A DNA stretch of 6,017 nucleotides from Promethearchaeota archaeon. GTDB taxonomy: Archaea; Asgardarchaeota; Odinarchaeia; Odinarchaeales; JBHLKK01. The stretch's first letter is position 1; each line of letters starts with the position of its first letter. Below the pieces are notes generated by a model. The model made no database searches, was not told the origin of the DNA, and saw only the letters and a program-made list of their open reading frames with translations. Shown piece by piece: positions 4,641-6,017 of this stretch. Location: the NCBI GenBank assembly GCA_048939465.1, contig JBHLPL010000115.1, positions 1-6,017 on the forward strand, in the 5' to 3' direction. A program made the translations under genes and the position numbers.

Positions 4641-5759
4641 TTGCCCGTAGAATACATTTGCTCTCGGTGTGGAGAATTCAAATCTGGATTCCACAGCTTT
4701 TTCTGCTTGCCCTGCCAGGAAGTTGTTTGTGAGAAATGTGCGCATAAAGTACCCATAAGCTACAAATGCTACCGATGCGGTTGGACGACGGATGTCCAGA
4801 CTGCCAGAGAGTACTTTACGGAATGTCCAAACTGTTTCAAATGTCCCGTCTGCAACAGCGACCTACAGATGGAGACTGGAGAGAAATACTTCCTCCGCTG
4901 TCCGTTTTGCGGATGGGATTCCAAAACGACTAGCCTTAGAATAGAGGGGTCGTCGGAAGAAGAAGTCAGAGGGCGGGCCAGAAAGGAGTTACATCAAGAA
5001 CGCCTGTTCGAGGCAGTCAAGCTTTATTGTGATAAGTGCGGTGAAAGCTTAGTTCATCCTAGGCAAGATATATCTACCTTGATTGCAAATGTCTTTCCAC
5101 GATTTGTTTTTTACACAGTAGCCATCAGACAAGGACAGCGAACAGAAATACCGTACACCGTTAGGAATCCCAGACCAGAAGGATGTGAAATACGGTTTGA
5201 TTGGTACACTGACACACCCTGTGAGATTGAGCCATATACCAAGGGAGTTGACTTTGATTTTCACTCTCCCTACATAAACACCCCCAAGAAGGGTGAATTG
5301 ATAATCAACGCAAAAGAGAGAGGCGAGATGTATTTGATGGCGGATTTGTCTTACAAGTTCGATGAGATATACTTCGGCATAGGCAGAACCAAGGTTCGGG
5401 TAGGACCGATTTTTGTGTGCCCCAATATAGAGGTGAGACGTGAGGTACAATCTCCCATAAAGCGGGACGGGATGAACACAGTTAAGGTCATCATTGCAAA
5501 TAAATCAGATCAAACAGTCACTCAGGCAATAATATCAGATATGATTCTGGAAGGCGTGGAGGACATGAAGCGCAAATTCTGGGAAGTCAGGAGTTTGAAG
5601 CCGGATGATGAGAGAGCTTTTGAATATGCGTTTACACCGGCAGAGGATGCTAAGTACCTTAGATTTGATGGATTGAGATCCAAAGTAAGATTCAAGAGAT
5701 TTGCACCCCAAAAATTCTTTGATTTTGTATCCAAACTTCTTACAGTGGATATGGACTAG
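4641..5759 (+). CDS. Dynactin p62 (DCTN4)-like zinc-binding protein with an additional C-terminal Ig-like domain, about 372 aa
   Basis: Eight CxxC pairs (C7/10, 22/25, 30/33, 43/46, 62/65, 68/71, 87/90, 130/133), including FFCxxC, CxNCFxCPxC, YxLxCxFCxWxS and LxCxKCxxxLxxP, in the order and spacing of p62. These are followed by a beta-sandwich (..TVRNP..GE..VGP) and a second beta-rich domain. Start placed at TTG 4641 (SD AGGTGG at 4629-4634) instead of 4584. Confidence 0.82.
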   Translation: MPVEYICSRCGEFKSGFHSFFCLPCQEVVCEKCAHKVPISYKCYRCGWTTDVQTAREYFTECPNCFKCPVCNSDLQMETGEKYFLRCPFCGWDSKTTSLRIEGSSEEEVRGRARKELHQERLFEAVKLYCDKCGESLVHPRQDISTLIANVFPRFVFYTVAIRQGQRTEIPYTVRNPRPEGCEIRFDWYTDTPCEIEPYTKGVDFDFHSPYINTPKKGELIINAKERGEMYLMADLSYKFDEIYFGIGRTKVRVGPIFVCPNIEVRREVQSPIKRDGMNTVKVIIANKSDQTVTQAIISDMILEGVEDMKRKFWEVRSLKPDDERAFEYAFTPAEDAKYLRFDGLRSKVRFKRFAPQKFFDFVSKLLTVDMD

Positions 5760-5789
5760 ACGTTTCTGCTATTGTAGAGGATAGCCAAG

Positions 5790-6017
5790 ATGAGTGAACC
5801 CGGAGCTGTTATCTTCGACCTCGATGGGACTCTGGTGTGGTTTAAGATAGATTATATGAGTGCAAGAAAGGAGGCTATCGAACGGCTCAGAGAACATAAC
5901 ATAGATGCTAGATTCCTGTCAACTACTGAGCCTATCTTCACAACCTTAGGGAGAGCATTTGATTATCTCAGGAAACAAGGAGCAAGAAAAGAGGAGCTTG
6001 ATAGAATAAGAGAGGCA
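5790..6017 (+). CDS. HAD-superfamily hydrolase (phosphoglycolate phosphatase-like), 5' part only
   Basis: ATG 5790 after GAGGA. It translates as MSEPGAVIFDLDGTLVWFKIDY..., containing HAD motif I (hhhDxDGT). The frame is open to the window end. Confidence 0.88.
   Translation, partial: MSEPGAVIFDLDGTLVWFKIDYMSARKEAIERLREHNIDARFLSTTEPIFTTLGRAFDYLRKQGARKEELDRIREA

Noticed and set aside
4641-5040. Cys-rich region as multiheme cytochrome, ferredoxin, DnaJ zinc finger or RING E3 ligase
   Set aside because: There is no CxxCH, no CxxCxxCxxxCP 4Fe-4S spacing, no CxxCxGxG repeat and no canonical C3HC4/C3H2C3 spacing. The spacing fits p62 instead.
4049-5734. Minus-strand ORFs 4049-4270, 4538-4756, 5049-5450 and 5522-5734
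   Set aside because: Antisense shadows of the LbH and p62-like genes with no recognisable motifs.
1-6017. CRISPR array, tRNA/rRNA, transposase or integrase
   Set aside because: No regularly spaced repeats, cloverleaf-like segments, terminal inverted repeats or recombinase motifs were seen. The only exact tandem repeat noticed is the 15-bp unit at 2476-2505.

Overview
Archaeal chromosomal window with SD-like GGTGA/GAGGTG/GGAG motifs, TATA-like boxes and several TTG starts. The minus strand carries a nitroreductase, an all-helical orphan ORF and mch (methenyl-H4MPT cyclohydrolase). Divergently, the plus strand carries fae-hps (formaldehyde-activating enzyme/hexulose-6-phosphate synthase fusion), a tightly linked two-gene unit and the 5' part of a HAD hydrolase. 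The two-gene unit is the standout. Gene 2 (4641-5759) follows the order and spacing of the Cys motifs and the beta-sandwich of eukaryotic dynactin p62 (DCTN4). Gene 1 (4091-4630) is a gamma-carbonic-anhydrase-type left-handed beta-helix that has lost all three Zn-binding His and aligns without gaps to dynactin p25 (DCTN5). Together they look like a prokaryotic, operon-encoded dynactin pointed-end module (p25+p62), which points to an Asgard-like or related H4MPT-using archaeon. The eukaryotic comparisons are hand alignments against human sequences recalled from memory and need computational confirmation. I cannot check whether such homologs have already been reported.
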